Origin: an uncultured Actinomycetota bacterium
GTDB taxonomy: Bacteria; Actinomycetota; Actinomycetes; Propionibacteriales; Nocardioidaceae
Direction of reading: 5' to 3'
Assembly: GCA_963728775.1 (NCBI GenBank)
Contig: CAVSLP010000009.1
Location: 1,429-65,428 of the forward strand
DNA length: 64,000 bases
Part shown: piece by piece, positions 54,628 to 63,672 of the stretch
Layout of the letters: each line of letters begins with the position of its first letter
Position numbering within the stretch: the stretch's first letter is position 1
Notes under the pieces: generated by a model
The model's input: the letters and a program-made list of their open reading frames with translations, nothing else
Told to the model about the DNA's origin: nothing
The model's database searches: none
Made by a program: the position numbers and the translations under genes

Positions 54628-55092
54628 TCAGACAGTGCGGCGGACCGGCATCAGCGACTCGCGGTCCCAGTCGCCACCGAGCCGCCGGCCGGTGATGTCG
54701 CGCCAGGTGATCTTCATGTACAGGTTGCGCTGCCCGCCGGCCCACGGCCTCGGGTCCCACCCGTCGCGGATCTCCCGCAGCTCCTCGGGGTCCTCGACCA
54801 GCTCGGCCCGACCGAGCACCACGACGCTCCAGCCCTGGTGCTTGTCGTAGTCGATGTGGTCGACCTCGAACGCGAGGTCGGTGTTCCAGCCGTAGGTCCC
54901 GAGCTCGCTGTACGGCGCGGTGCGGAAGACGATCGCCTCACCGTGCATCGCGTAGTTCACCGGGACGATGCGCGGGCCCACCGGGGTCGCCAGTGCCACC
55001 CGCCCGATCACGCCGCCGGAGAGCAGCTCGAGGCACTCCTCGACGCTGAGCTCGACTGGTGCGGTCATCTCGTCCTCCTCACGTTGGGTCAA
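54628..55092 (-). CDS. pyridoxamine 5'-phosphate oxidase family protein (PPOX class, possibly F420-dependent)
   Basis: LSVEECLELLSGGVIGRVALATPVGPRIVPVNYAMHGEAIVFRTAPYSELG...WSVVVLGRAELVEDPEE. An alternative start lies at 55068. Confidence 0.75.
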   Translation of the reverse strand: MTQREEDEMTAPVELSVEECLELLSGGVIGRVALATPVGPRIVPVNYAMHGEAIVFRTAPYSELGTYGWNTDLAFEVDHIDYDKHQGWSVVVLGRAELVEDPEELREIRDGWDPRPWAGGQRNLYMKITWRDITGRRLGGDWDRESLMPVRRTV

Positions 55093-55120
55093 TCGTCCGG
55101 GAGGACCACGGATCCAGGAT

Positions 55121-55134
55121 GGGTCTTTGGTCCC
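55121..55134. promoter_or_regulatory. DosR-box-like site GGGTC-TTTG-GTCCC in the divergent PPOX/USP promoter region
   Basis: Its reverse complement GGGACCAAAGACCC matches the box at 51356 (GGGACCAACGTCCC) at 12/14. A looser site, GGGAC-ATACG-GTCCC, is at 55218-55232. Confidence 0.45.
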
Positions 55135-55252
55135 CTAGATCGTGGCCGTTGCGCCCTGAGCCGACCGCGCCGGCGCCCGCACCATGGAAGTGCCGGACAC
55201 GCCGGCTGGCCCGCACCGGGACATACGGTCCCTGGCCGAGGAGGAGGACGTC

Positions 55253-55669
55253 ATGACTCGAGGACGCATCGTGGTGTTCGGCGACCACACCCCGGCCGCG
55301 ACCCGGGCCCTGCGCTGGGCCGTCGCCGCGGCCGAGCGCCGCGGCGCGATGGTCGTGGTGGTCCGCCCGTTCGACCGGAGCCGGTCCGACCTCGCGTTCG
55401 AGTCCGACCTCGACCGGGCGCGCCGCGACAGCAGGTACCGGACCCAGTGCTGGGTGATCGAGGCGGTCGCCGACCTCGACACCTCCGCTCCGGTGGCGGT
55501 CTCGACCCCCGACGGGTCGCCGGCCCAGGCGCTGGTCACGGCCGCCCAGGGCGCGGACCTGGTCGTGGTCGGGGCCGACGGGCCGGCCGCCGAGGAGCTC
55601 GCGGCGACGGTGCGCGCGATGTGCGAGTGCCCCGTCCAGGTGGGTGTGGAGGAGGTCACCCCCGCCTGA
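55253..55669 (+). CDS. universal stress protein (single domain)
   Basis: ATG at 55253 with GAGGAGGA upstream: MTRGRIVVFGDHTPAATRALRWAVAAAERRGAMVVVV...GADLVVVGADG. Confidence 0.7.
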   Translation: MTRGRIVVFGDHTPAATRALRWAVAAAERRGAMVVVVRPFDRSRSDLAFESDLDRARRDSRYRTQCWVIEAVADLDTSAPVAVSTPDGSPAQALVTAAQGADLVVVGADGPAAEELAATVRAMCECPVQVGVEEVTPA

Positions 55670-55720
55670 GGGCCGCCGCCCGAGTTGACAGCACCCGGCC
55701 GCTGCCCGTGGGATTGGATC

Positions 55721-57277
55721 GTGCAAATCGAACCGTGGTGGCGGCACGCCGTCTGTTACCAGATCTATGTCCGCAGCTTCGCCGACGCCGACGGCGACGG
55801 GGTCGGCGACATGGCCGGCATCGAGCAGCGGCTGCCCTACCTGGCGGAGCTCGGTGTCGACGCGGTGTGGATCACCCCGTTCTACACCTCCCCGCAGCAC
55901 GACCACGGGTACGACGTGGCCGACTACCGCGACGTGGACCCGCTGTTCGGCACGCTGGCCGACTTCGACCGGATGCTCGCCCACGCACACCGGCTCGGCA
56001 TCCGGGTGATCGTGGACCTGGTGCCCAACCACACCTCCTCGGAGCATCCCTGGTTCCGGGCCGCGCTCGCGGCCGGGCGGGGGTCCCGCGAGCGGGATCG
56101 CTACGTGTTCCGGGACGGCCGCGGCCGCGACGGCGGCTCTCCGCCGAACAACTGGCAGTCGATCTTCGGGGGCCCGGCCTGGACCCGGGTCGAGGACGGC
56201 CAGTGGTACCTGCACATGTTCGACCGCAGCCAGCCGGACCTGAACTGGTGGAACCCCGAGGTCGGCGACGAGTTCGAGTCGGTGCTGCGGTTCTGGCTGG
56301 ACCGGGGCGTGGACGGCTTCCGCGTCGACGTCGCGCACGGCCTGTACAAGAAGGCCGACCTGGCCGACCTGCGCCGGTTCGAGGGCCTGGTGATGTGGGA
56401 CCAGCCCGAGGTGCACGACGTCTACCGCCGCTGGCACCGGATCCTCGCCGAGTACGACGGTGACCGGATGGCGGTCGCCGAGGCGTGGACCGACTCCCCG
56501 GAGGCCACCGCGCGGTACGTCCGCTCCGACGAGCTGCAGCAGGCGTTCAACTTCCACTGGCTCAGCGCGGCCTGGTCAGCGGCCGGGTTCCGCCGGGTGC
56601 TCACCTCCACCCTGCACGCCGTGGGCCTGGTCGACGGCTCGCCCACCTGGGTGCTGAGCAACCACGACGTGGTGCGGCACGCCACCCGCTACGGCGGCGG
56701 CGAGACCGGGCTGGCCCGGGCCCGGGCCGCGGTGCAGACGATGATGGCGCTGCCGGGCTCCGCCTACGTCTACCAGGGCGAGGAGCTCGGCCTGGAGCAG
56801 GTGCAGGTGCCGCCGGCGCACCGCCAGGACCCGGCGTTCTTCCGCGGCGGCGAGGTCGGCCGGGACGGCTGCCGGGTGCCGATCCCGTGGTCGGGGGACG
56901 CTCCCCCGTTCGGCTTCGGCCCCGGTACGGCGCAGCCGTGGCTGCCGCAGCCGGAGTCCTGGTCGGAGCTGACCGTCGAGCGGCAGCAGAAGGACCCGGA
57001 CTCGACGCTGGCGTTCTACCGCGGGCTGCTCGCGCTGCGCCGCGAGGTGGCCGTCCCGGCCGGCGACGAGGTGACGCTGCTGGCCGGCGCGCCGGGGACC
57101 CTGGCCTTCCGGCGCGGGGACAGCCTGGTCTGCATGGTCAACTGCGGGTCGCGCGCGCTCAAGGTCCCGGACGAGGCGGGCGAGCTGCTGATGTCCAGCG
57201 GCGCCGCCCTGGTGCGCGGCCGGGACGGTGTCCGGCGGCTGCCGCCCGACACCGCCGCCTGGTTCCGCAGCGCCTGA
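55721..57277 (+). CDS. GH13 alpha-glucosidase / oligo-1,6-glucosidase-like
   Basis: WWRHAVCYQIYVRSFADADGDGVGDMAGI...LGVDAVWITPFYTSPQHDHGYDVADYRDVDPLFGT..DFD...GIRVIVDLVPNHTS.EHPWF...GFRVDVAH. The start (55721 GTG vs 55685 TTG) is uncertain. Confidence 0.9.
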   Translation: MQIEPWWRHAVCYQIYVRSFADADGDGVGDMAGIEQRLPYLAELGVDAVWITPFYTSPQHDHGYDVADYRDVDPLFGTLADFDRMLAHAHRLGIRVIVDLVPNHTSSEHPWFRAALAAGRGSRERDRYVFRDGRGRDGGSPPNNWQSIFGGPAWTRVEDGQWYLHMFDRSQPDLNWWNPEVGDEFESVLRFWLDRGVDGFRVDVAHGLYKKADLADLRRFEGLVMWDQPEVHDVYRRWHRILAEYDGDRMAVAEAWTDSPEATARYVRSDELQQAFNFHWLSAAWSAAGFRRVLTSTLHAVGLVDGSPTWVLSNHDVVRHATRYGGGETGLARARAAVQTMMALPGSAYVYQGEELGLEQVQVPPAHRQDPAFFRGGEVGRDGCRVPIPWSGDAPPFGFGPGTAQPWLPQPESWSELTVERQQKDPDSTLAFYRGLLALRREVAVPAGDEVTLLAGAPGTLAFRRGDSLVCMVNCGSRALKVPDEAGELLMSSGAALVRGRDGVRRLPPDTAAWFRSA

Positions 57278-57388
57278 CCGGGGTCGCGCCCCGGGTGCGG
57301 ATCCGCGGTCTGCACACCTGGCACCTGCTCCGGGCCGGAGATGGTGCCAGACGTGCAGAACACGACCGGGTTGCGACGTGGTCGGACC

Positions 57389-58666
57389 TCACGGGGTCGG
57401 GTCGGCGGCGTCGTAGCGCAGGAAGCGCCGCTGCACGGCACTCGCGAGCAGCACGCCGGTGACGCACGCCGCGCCGCCGATCACCAGCGCCGCGCGTTCA
57501 CCGACCGCGCTGGCCACCGACCCGGCCAGGAAGTCGCCCGCCCGCGGCCCGCCCGCGACCACCACGATGAACACGCCCTGGATCCGGCCGCGGAGATGGT
57601 CGGGCGCGGCGACCTGCAGGATCGTGGACCGGTAGGCCGCGCTGACCATGTCGGCCATCCCCGACATCGCCAGGAACAGCACCCCGACCCAGAGCACGTC
57701 GGTGAGCCCCACCGAGCCCACCACGGTCCCGTAGGCCAGGACCGCGACCACGATGGCCAGCCCCTGGAGCCGGACCCGGCTCACCCAGCCGGAGAGCAGG
57801 AAGGCCACCACCGCCCCCGCGGCCGGCGCCGACTGCAGCAGGCCCACGACGCCGGCCCCGCCGCCGTACACCTTGTAGGCCAGCGCCGGGAACAGCGCCC
57901 GCGGCTGGGCGAGCACCATCGCGCACAGGTCCAGCACGAAGGTCATCCGCAGGTTCGGCGCGCCCCGCAGGAACCGCAGCCCGTCGGCGACCGAGCGCAG
58001 CCCGGCGCGCGGGCTGTTGACCAGCGGGGGCATCCGCGGCATCCGGACCAGCGCGTAGTAGGCCGCGGAGAAGGTGACCACGTCGACGGTGTACGCCGCC
58101 CCGAACCCGTGCCACTTGATCACCAGCGCACCGAGCATCGGGCCGAAGGTGAACCCCAGGTTGAACGACGCCATGTTCAGCGCCCCGGCCGCCGGCATCA
58201 GCTCCTTGTCGAGCAGCCGCGGCACCATCGCGCTGCGGGCCGGGTTGTTCACCGCGTAGAAGCCGGACTGCACCGCGATGCACCCGAACAGGAACCACAC
58301 CGACCCCAGGCCGACGAACGCCTGCACCGCCAGCGCGATCGAGACGGCCCACAGCCCGGCCGAGGCGAGCAGCGCGAGGGTACGACGGTCGACCGCGTCG
58401 GCGATGGCGCCGCCGTACAGGCCGAGCAGCACCAGCGGGCCGAGCGCGAACACCCCGACGAGGCCGACGTAGAACGAGGAGTGCGTCAGCGCGTACACCT
58501 GGATCGCCACCGCGACGTTGGTCATCTGCTGGCCGAGCTGGGCCACGGTGTTGCCGAAGAACAGCCGCCGGTAGGGCGCCGAGACCTGCAGCGGGCGGAT
58601 GTCGGTGACGACCACGCGCACCCAGCGCGGCAGCCTGGACCGCCCGGGCGTGAGCTTCTCCTGCAC
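57389..58666 (-). CDS. MFS transporter (EntS/enterobactin-exporter-like, 12 TM)
   Basis: APYRRLFFGNTVAQLGQQMTNVAVAIQVY...GAIADAVDRR. The start is uncertain (GTG at 58666 or in-frame GTGs downstream). Confidence 0.8.
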   Translation of the reverse strand: MQEKLTPGRSRLPRWVRVVVTDIRPLQVSAPYRRLFFGNTVAQLGQQMTNVAVAIQVYALTHSSFYVGLVGVFALGPLVLLGLYGGAIADAVDRRTLALLASAGLWAVSIALAVQAFVGLGSVWFLFGCIAVQSGFYAVNNPARSAMVPRLLDKELMPAAGALNMASFNLGFTFGPMLGALVIKWHGFGAAYTVDVVTFSAAYYALVRMPRMPPLVNSPRAGLRSVADGLRFLRGAPNLRMTFVLDLCAMVLAQPRALFPALAYKVYGGGAGVVGLLQSAPAAGAVVAFLLSGWVSRVRLQGLAIVVAVLAYGTVVGSVGLTDVLWVGVLFLAMSGMADMVSAAYRSTILQVAAPDHLRGRIQGVFIVVVAGGPRAGDFLAGSVASAVGERAALVIGGAACVTGVLLASAVQRRFLRYDAADPTP

Positions 58667-58976
58667 CCGCCAACTTTCGCACCACCGAAAAAAGCCTTGT
58701 TCGGGGACATGCCCGGGACGTACCTTTGTCGCACACGGGAAAGGAGGTGGTCCAGAAGTGAATTCTTTACGGACTCGTGAGGTGGCTGCTAGCTAGCAGT
58801 GCACCGTCCAGCACCGCTGTGTCGCAGTGCGCGCTGGAAATACCGAGCAGTCACCCGGCCCGTGGGCGCTCCGGCCAGTCCGACCGGAGAGCGGGCCCCT
58901 CCACCCGAGGGGACACCGCAACGCCCACGGGTCGTCCTCGTTATGCCCCCCTCCGCGAACGCCATACCTCCCCGGC

Positions 58977-59043
58977 GGACGTCATACCCCGCCGCGGACG
59001 TCATACGAACTGGTCGCCATGGCAGCCAGAACCTATGACGTCC
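58977..59043. repeat. palindromic element GGACGTCATA-N28-TATGACGTCC (copy B) plus an extra upstream half-site
   Basis: Arms at 58996-59005 and 59034-59043 with a 28-nt spacer. An additional GGACGTCATAC lies at 58977-58987. It is just downstream of the ABC exporter stop (59054). Confidence 0.9.
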
Positions 59044-59053
59044 CGGGGCCGGG

Positions 59054-61096
59054 TCAGACGCCGGCGAGCTCCTCGGGGTCCACGGCGGCATCCGTCGCGG
59101 CCGCGGCGAACTGCGCGTTGTACAGCGCCGCGTAGGCGCCGTCGGCGAGCAGCAGCTCGTCGTGGGTGCCCTGCTCGACGATCCGGCCGGACTCCATCAC
59201 CAGGATCAGGTCCGCGTCGCGGATCGTGGACAGCCGGTGCGCGATCACGAAGCTGGTCCGGTCGGTCCGCAGCGCCGCCATCGCGTGCTGCAGCAGCAGC
59301 TCGGTGCGGGTGTCGACCGAGCTGGTCGCCTCGTCGAGGATCAGCAGCGCGGGGTCGGCGAGGAACGCGCGCGCGATGGTGACCAGCTGCCGCTCCCCCG
59401 CGCTGATGTTGCTGCCCTCCTCGTCGACCCGGGTGTCGTAGCCGTCCGGCAGGTTGTGCACGAACCGGTCCACGAAGGTGGCCCGGGCCGCCTCCTGGAT
59501 CTCCTCGTCGGTGGCGTCCGGCCGCCCGTAGGCGATGTTGTCGCGGAGAGTGCCCTCGAACAGCCAGGTGTCCTGCAGCACCATCCCGATCCGGCCGCGC
59601 AGGTCGCCGCGCCGCATGGTCGCGATGTCCACCCCGTCGAGCGTGATCCGGCCGGCGTCGACGTCGTAGAACCGCATCACCAGGTTGACCAGGGTGGTCT
59701 TCCCCGCGCCGGTGGGTCCGACGATCGCCACCGTCTGCCCGGGGTGCGCCACCAGCGAGAGGTCCTCGATCAGCGGCTCGTCGGGCTCGTAGCGGAAGGA
59801 CACGTCCTCGAACACCACCGTGCCGCGCCCGCCCTCGGCCAGCGGGGCGGCCTCCTCGACCGGCTCCTCCTCCGCGTCGAGCAGCTCGAAGACCCGCTCG
59901 GCGGAGGCGACACCGGACTGCAGCAGGTTCATCATGGACGCCACCTGGGTGAGCGGCTGGGTGAACTGGCGGGAGTACTGGATGAACGCCTGCACGTCGC
60001 CCAGGCTCATCGACCCGTTGGCGACCCGGACCCCGCCGAGGACCGCGATCACGACGTAGTTGAGGTTCCCGATGAACATCATCATCGGCATGATCAGCCC
60101 GGAGACGAACTGGGCGCCGAACGACGCCTTGAACAGCTCGTCGTTCTCCTCGGCGAAGACCTGCTCGACCTCGTGCTGGCGGCCGAACACCTTGACCAGC
60201 GCGTGCCCGGTGAACGCCTCCTCGATGTGCGCGTTGAGCCTGCCGGTCCGCCGCCACTGGGCGATGAACAGCCCCTGCGAGCGCTTCATGATCATCCCGG
60301 TGACGACCATGGTCAGCGGCACCGTGACCAGCGCGACCAGCGCGAGCACCGGCGAGATGTAGAACATCATCGTGAGCACGCCGACCACGGTGAGCACCGC
60401 GAACAGCAGCTGGCTCATCGTCTGCTGCAGGGTCTGGCTGATGTTGTCGATGTCGTTGGTGACCCGGCTCAGCAGCTCGCCGCGCGGCTGCTTGTCGAAG
60501 TAGCGCAGCGGCAGCCGGTTGATCTTCTCCTCGACGTCCCGGCGCATCCGGCGCACGGTGTTCTGGGTGACGTCGTTGAGCAGGAAGCCCTGCAACCACG
60601 ACAGCACCGAGGACGCGACGTAGACGCCGAGCACGATCAGCAGCACCCGCCCGACCGCGCCGAAGTCGACGCCCTGACCCGGCACCACGTTCATCTGGGA
60701 GAGCATGTCCGCGAGCCGGCCCTGGCCCTGGGCCTGCAGGGCGTGCACGGCCTGCTCCTTGGTGACGCCGGCGGGGATCCGCCGGCCGAACAGCCCGGAG
60801 AAGATCAGGTCGGTGGCGTGGCCGAGGATCTTCGGCCCGATGGAGGCCAGCGCGACGCTGACCACCGCGAGCAGCACCGTGGCGACCGCCTTGCCCCGGT
60901 CGGGCCGCATCCGGCCGAGCAGGCGGCGCGCCGACGGCCCGAAGTTCATCGACTTCTGGCCGACCATGCCGCCGCCGAACGGCCCGCGACCGTGCCCCGG
61001 GCCGCTGGCCTGCACCCGCTCGGTCTCCTTCATGGTCCCGGCCGGGCCGGCACCGTTCGGCTTGGTGGGCCCGCCGGGCCGGACCACCCCGCTCAT
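59054..61096 (-). CDS. ABC exporter, fused permease-ATPase (heterodimer subunit B)
   Basis: 6-TM ABC_membrane region, then Walker A GPTGAGKTT, signature NISAGERQL, Walker B LILDEATS. ATGA overlap with the upstream subunit. Confidence 0.9.
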   Translation of the reverse strand: MSGVVRPGGPTKPNGAGPAGTMKETERVQASGPGHGRGPFGGGMVGQKSMNFGPSARRLLGRMRPDRGKAVATVLLAVVSVALASIGPKILGHATDLIFSGLFGRRIPAGVTKEQAVHALQAQGQGRLADMLSQMNVVPGQGVDFGAVGRVLLIVLGVYVASSVLSWLQGFLLNDVTQNTVRRMRRDVEEKINRLPLRYFDKQPRGELLSRVTNDIDNISQTLQQTMSQLLFAVLTVVGVLTMMFYISPVLALVALVTVPLTMVVTGMIMKRSQGLFIAQWRRTGRLNAHIEEAFTGHALVKVFGRQHEVEQVFAEENDELFKASFGAQFVSGLIMPMMMFIGNLNYVVIAVLGGVRVANGSMSLGDVQAFIQYSRQFTQPLTQVASMMNLLQSGVASAERVFELLDAEEEPVEEAAPLAEGGRGTVVFEDVSFRYEPDEPLIEDLSLVAHPGQTVAIVGPTGAGKTTLVNLVMRFYDVDAGRITLDGVDIATMRRGDLRGRIGMVLQDTWLFEGTLRDNIAYGRPDATDEEIQEAARATFVDRFVHNLPDGYDTRVDEEGSNISAGERQLVTIARAFLADPALLILDEATSSVDTRTELLLQHAMAALRTDRTSFVIAHRLSTIRDADLILVMESGRIVEQGTHDELLLADGAYAALYNAQFAAAATDAAVDPEELAGV

Positions 61097-62826
61097 GCGG
61101 CCTCCTCCGCGCTCAGCTGGGACTCGACGATCTCCTGGTAGGTCGGGCAGGTCTCCAGCAGCTCCCGGTGGCTGCCGCGTCCGACCACCGCGCCGTCCTC
61201 GAGCACCAGGATCTGGTCGGAGTCGATGATCGTGGACACCCGCTGGGCGACGATCACCACGGTCGCCTCCGTGGTGACCGGCCGCAGCGCCGCGCGCAGC
61301 CGCGCGTCGGTGGCCAGGTCGAGCGCCGAGAACGAGTCGTCGAACAGGTAGATCTCCGGGCGCCGGATCAGCGCCCGCGCGATCGCGAGCCGCTGCCGCT
61401 GCCCGCCGGAGACGTTGGTGCCACCCTGCGAGATCGGCGCGTGCAGCCCCTCGGGCATGGCCTCCACGAAGTCACGCGCCTGCGCCACCTCGAGGGCCGC
61501 CCACATCTCCTCCTCGGTGGCGTCGGGGTTGCCGTAGCGCAGGTTGCTGGCCACCGTCCCGCTGAACAGGAAGGCCTTCTGCGGGACCAGCCCGATCCGG
61601 CTCCACAACAGCTCCGGGTCCAGCCCCCGTACGTCGACCCCGTCGACGTACACGCCCCCGACGGTGGCGTCGAACAGCCGGGGCACCAGGTTGAGCAGGG
61701 TGGTCTTGCCGGCGCCGGTGGAGCCGATGATCGCCAGCGTCGTGCCGGGACGGGCGGTCAGGCTGATGTCCCGGAGCACCGGCGCCTCGGCCCCGGGGTA
61801 GCTGAACTCCACGCCCCGCATCTCGAGCTCGCCGTGCACGCCGACGGTGGTCACCGGCTCGGCCGGGGGTACGACGGACGACTCGGTGTCGAGCACCTCG
61901 CCGATCCGGTCCGCGCACACGGAGGCGCGCGGGACCATCACCAGCATGAACGTCGCCATCATCACCGACATCAGGATCTGCATCAGGTAGGTCAGGAACG
62001 CGGTCAGCGCGCCGACCTGCATCTGGCCGGAGTCCACGCGGTGGCCGCCGAACCAGAGCACGGCGACGCTGGAGACGTTCAGCACCAGCATCACCGAGGG
62101 GAACATCGTGGCCATCCACCGCCCGGTGCGCACCGCCACCTCGGTGAGTTCGCCGTTGGCGCCCGCGAACCGCTTGCTCTCGAAGGGTTCGCGGACGAAC
62201 GCGCGGACCACCCGGATGCCGGTGATCTGCTCGCGCAGGATCCGGTTCACGGCGTCGATGCGCACCTGCATCAGCCGGAAGCCGGGCACCATCCGGGAGA
62301 TGATCAGGCCGACCACCAGGAACAGCGCCGGCACACAGACCGCGAGCAGCCAGGACAGTCCGAGGTCCTCGCGCATCGCCATCAGCACGCCGCCGACCAT
62401 CATGATCGGCGCGGCCACCATCATCGTGGCGGTCATCATCACCAGCATCTGCACCTGCTGCACGTCGTTGGTGTTGCGGGTGATCAGCGAGGGCGCGCCG
62501 AACTTCGCGACCTCACGGCTGGAGAACGAGCCGACCCGGTGGAAGATGGCGGCGCGCAGGTCCCGCCCGAAGCCCATCGCGGTGCGCGCGCCGACGAAGA
62601 CCGCGCTGCCGCTGCACAGGATCTGCACGACCGAGACGCCGAGCATCACCGCCCCGGTCCGGACGATGTAGGTGGTGTCGCCCTTGGCGACGCCGTTGTC
62701 GATGATGTTCGCGTTCAGGCTGGGCAGGTACAGCGCGGCCATGGTGCCGACGAACTGGAGCGCGACGATCACGCCGAGCGGGCCCCGGTAGGGCTGCAGG
62801 AACTTCTTCAACAGCCGGAGCAGCAT
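61093..62826 (-). CDS. ABC exporter, fused permease-ATPase (heterodimer subunit A)
   Basis: ATG at 62826: MLLRLLKKFLQPYRGPL.... Walker A GSTGAGKTT, signature VSGGQRQRL, Walker B YLFDDSFSALD. Confidence 0.9.
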   Translation of the reverse strand: MLLRLLKKFLQPYRGPLGVIVALQFVGTMAALYLPSLNANIIDNGVAKGDTTYIVRTGAVMLGVSVVQILCSGSAVFVGARTAMGFGRDLRAAIFHRVGSFSSREVAKFGAPSLITRNTNDVQQVQMLVMMTATMMVAAPIMMVGGVLMAMREDLGLSWLLAVCVPALFLVVGLIISRMVPGFRLMQVRIDAVNRILREQITGIRVVRAFVREPFESKRFAGANGELTEVAVRTGRWMATMFPSVMLVLNVSSVAVLWFGGHRVDSGQMQVGALTAFLTYLMQILMSVMMATFMLVMVPRASVCADRIGEVLDTESSVVPPAEPVTTVGVHGELEMRGVEFSYPGAEAPVLRDISLTARPGTTLAIIGSTGAGKTTLLNLVPRLFDATVGGVYVDGVDVRGLDPELLWSRIGLVPQKAFLFSGTVASNLRYGNPDATEEEMWAALEVAQARDFVEAMPEGLHAPISQGGTNVSGGQRQRLAIARALIRRPEIYLFDDSFSALDLATDARLRAALRPVTTEATVVIVAQRVSTIIDSDQILVLEDGAVVGRGSHRELLETCPTYQEIVESQLSAEEAA

Positions 62827-62827
62827 C

Positions 62828-63478
62828 TCAGCACCCGCCCTTCGCGGAACGACGTCGGATCCCGTCGAGCAGCGCGTCGGCAATGTCGTCGGGGGTGAGG
62901 ATCTCCTCCTGGTCGGCGCCGGGGTGTCGCACCCCGAGGACCAGCGTGCGCAGCAGCAGCGCCGCGGTCCGGGGCTCGACGGTCAGCTCGGCGCGGTGCG
63001 GCTCGAACACCTCGGTCAGCCGGTCCAGCACGGCGCGATGGGAGTCGAGCACGAACTGCGGCGGCCCGGGGCGGTGGTCCTGGTGCTGCTGCTCGTCCCG
63101 CGGGTCCCACACCCCGCGCAGGGCCATCAGCACCGCCATCACCTTCTCCGACCGGTCGTTCAGGCGCTCGGCGGTGACGAGCACCCGCTCGCGCAGGTCG
63201 GTGAGTCCCTCGAGCGCCGCCGCGAGCTCGGCGTGGCCCGAGCTCGGGTTCATCGTCTCCTCGGCCACGGCCATCAGCAACGCGGCCTTGTCGGGGAAGA
63301 CCCGGAAGATCGTGCCCTCGGCGATCCCCGCTGCCTCGGCTATCTGCCGGGTGGTCACGCCGGCACCCTGGCTGAGTAGCAGCGGCACCACGACGTCGAT
63401 GATGGCGCGGCGGCGTTCGTCCGGCGCCATCGGTGCGGCCCGGCCGGAGCGGGGTGCCTGGGAGGAGGAGATGTTCAC
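62828..63478 (-). CDS. TetR/AcrR family transcriptional regulator
   Basis: HTH RRRAIIDVVVPLLLSQGAGVTTRQIAEAAGIAEGTIFRVFPDK. GTG at 63478 is chosen because codons upstream lose the GC3 bias. ATG at 63430 is also possible. Confidence 0.85.
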   Translation of the reverse strand: MNISSSQAPRSGRAAPMAPDERRRAIIDVVVPLLLSQGAGVTTRQIAEAAGIAEGTIFRVFPDKAALLMAVAEETMNPSSGHAELAAALEGLTDLRERVLVTAERLNDRSEKVMAVLMALRGVWDPRDEQQHQDHRPGPPQFVLDSHRAVLDRLTEVFEPHRAELTVEPRTAALLLRTLVLGVRHPGADQEEILTPDDIADALLDGIRRRSAKGGC

Positions 63479-63493
63479 AGCTGCGACTGTAAA

Positions 63494-63511
63494 TGAGTGA
63501 GCACTCACTCA
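63494..63511. promoter_or_regulatory. putative TetR operator palindrome TGAGTGAG-CA-CTCACTCA
   Basis: Perfect 8-bp arms 16 nt upstream of the chosen tetR start, in a locally AT-richer patch. Confidence 0.5.
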
Positions 63512-63550
63512 CAAGCGGTTTTCCGAAACCAGGCAACGCCCCGACGGCCC

Positions 63551-63656
63551 CCGGGGCGCGTCGGGGCCGAAGGTGCGCACGTGCGCAGTCACGGCCCCTC
63601 ACCCAGGGGCGCCCCCGGGCCGCAAGCGCGCACGTGCGCAGTTACCGCCCCACGAC
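63551..63656. repeat. imperfect 53-bp tandem duplication, each unit carrying the 12-bp palindrome GCGCACGTGCGC
   Basis: Units 63551-63603 and 63604-63656 are about 77% identical by hand alignment. The palindromes at 63575-63586 and 63628-63639 are exactly 53 bp apart. Confidence 0.8.
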
Positions 63657-63672
63657 GGCGGGGGCCGGCGGG

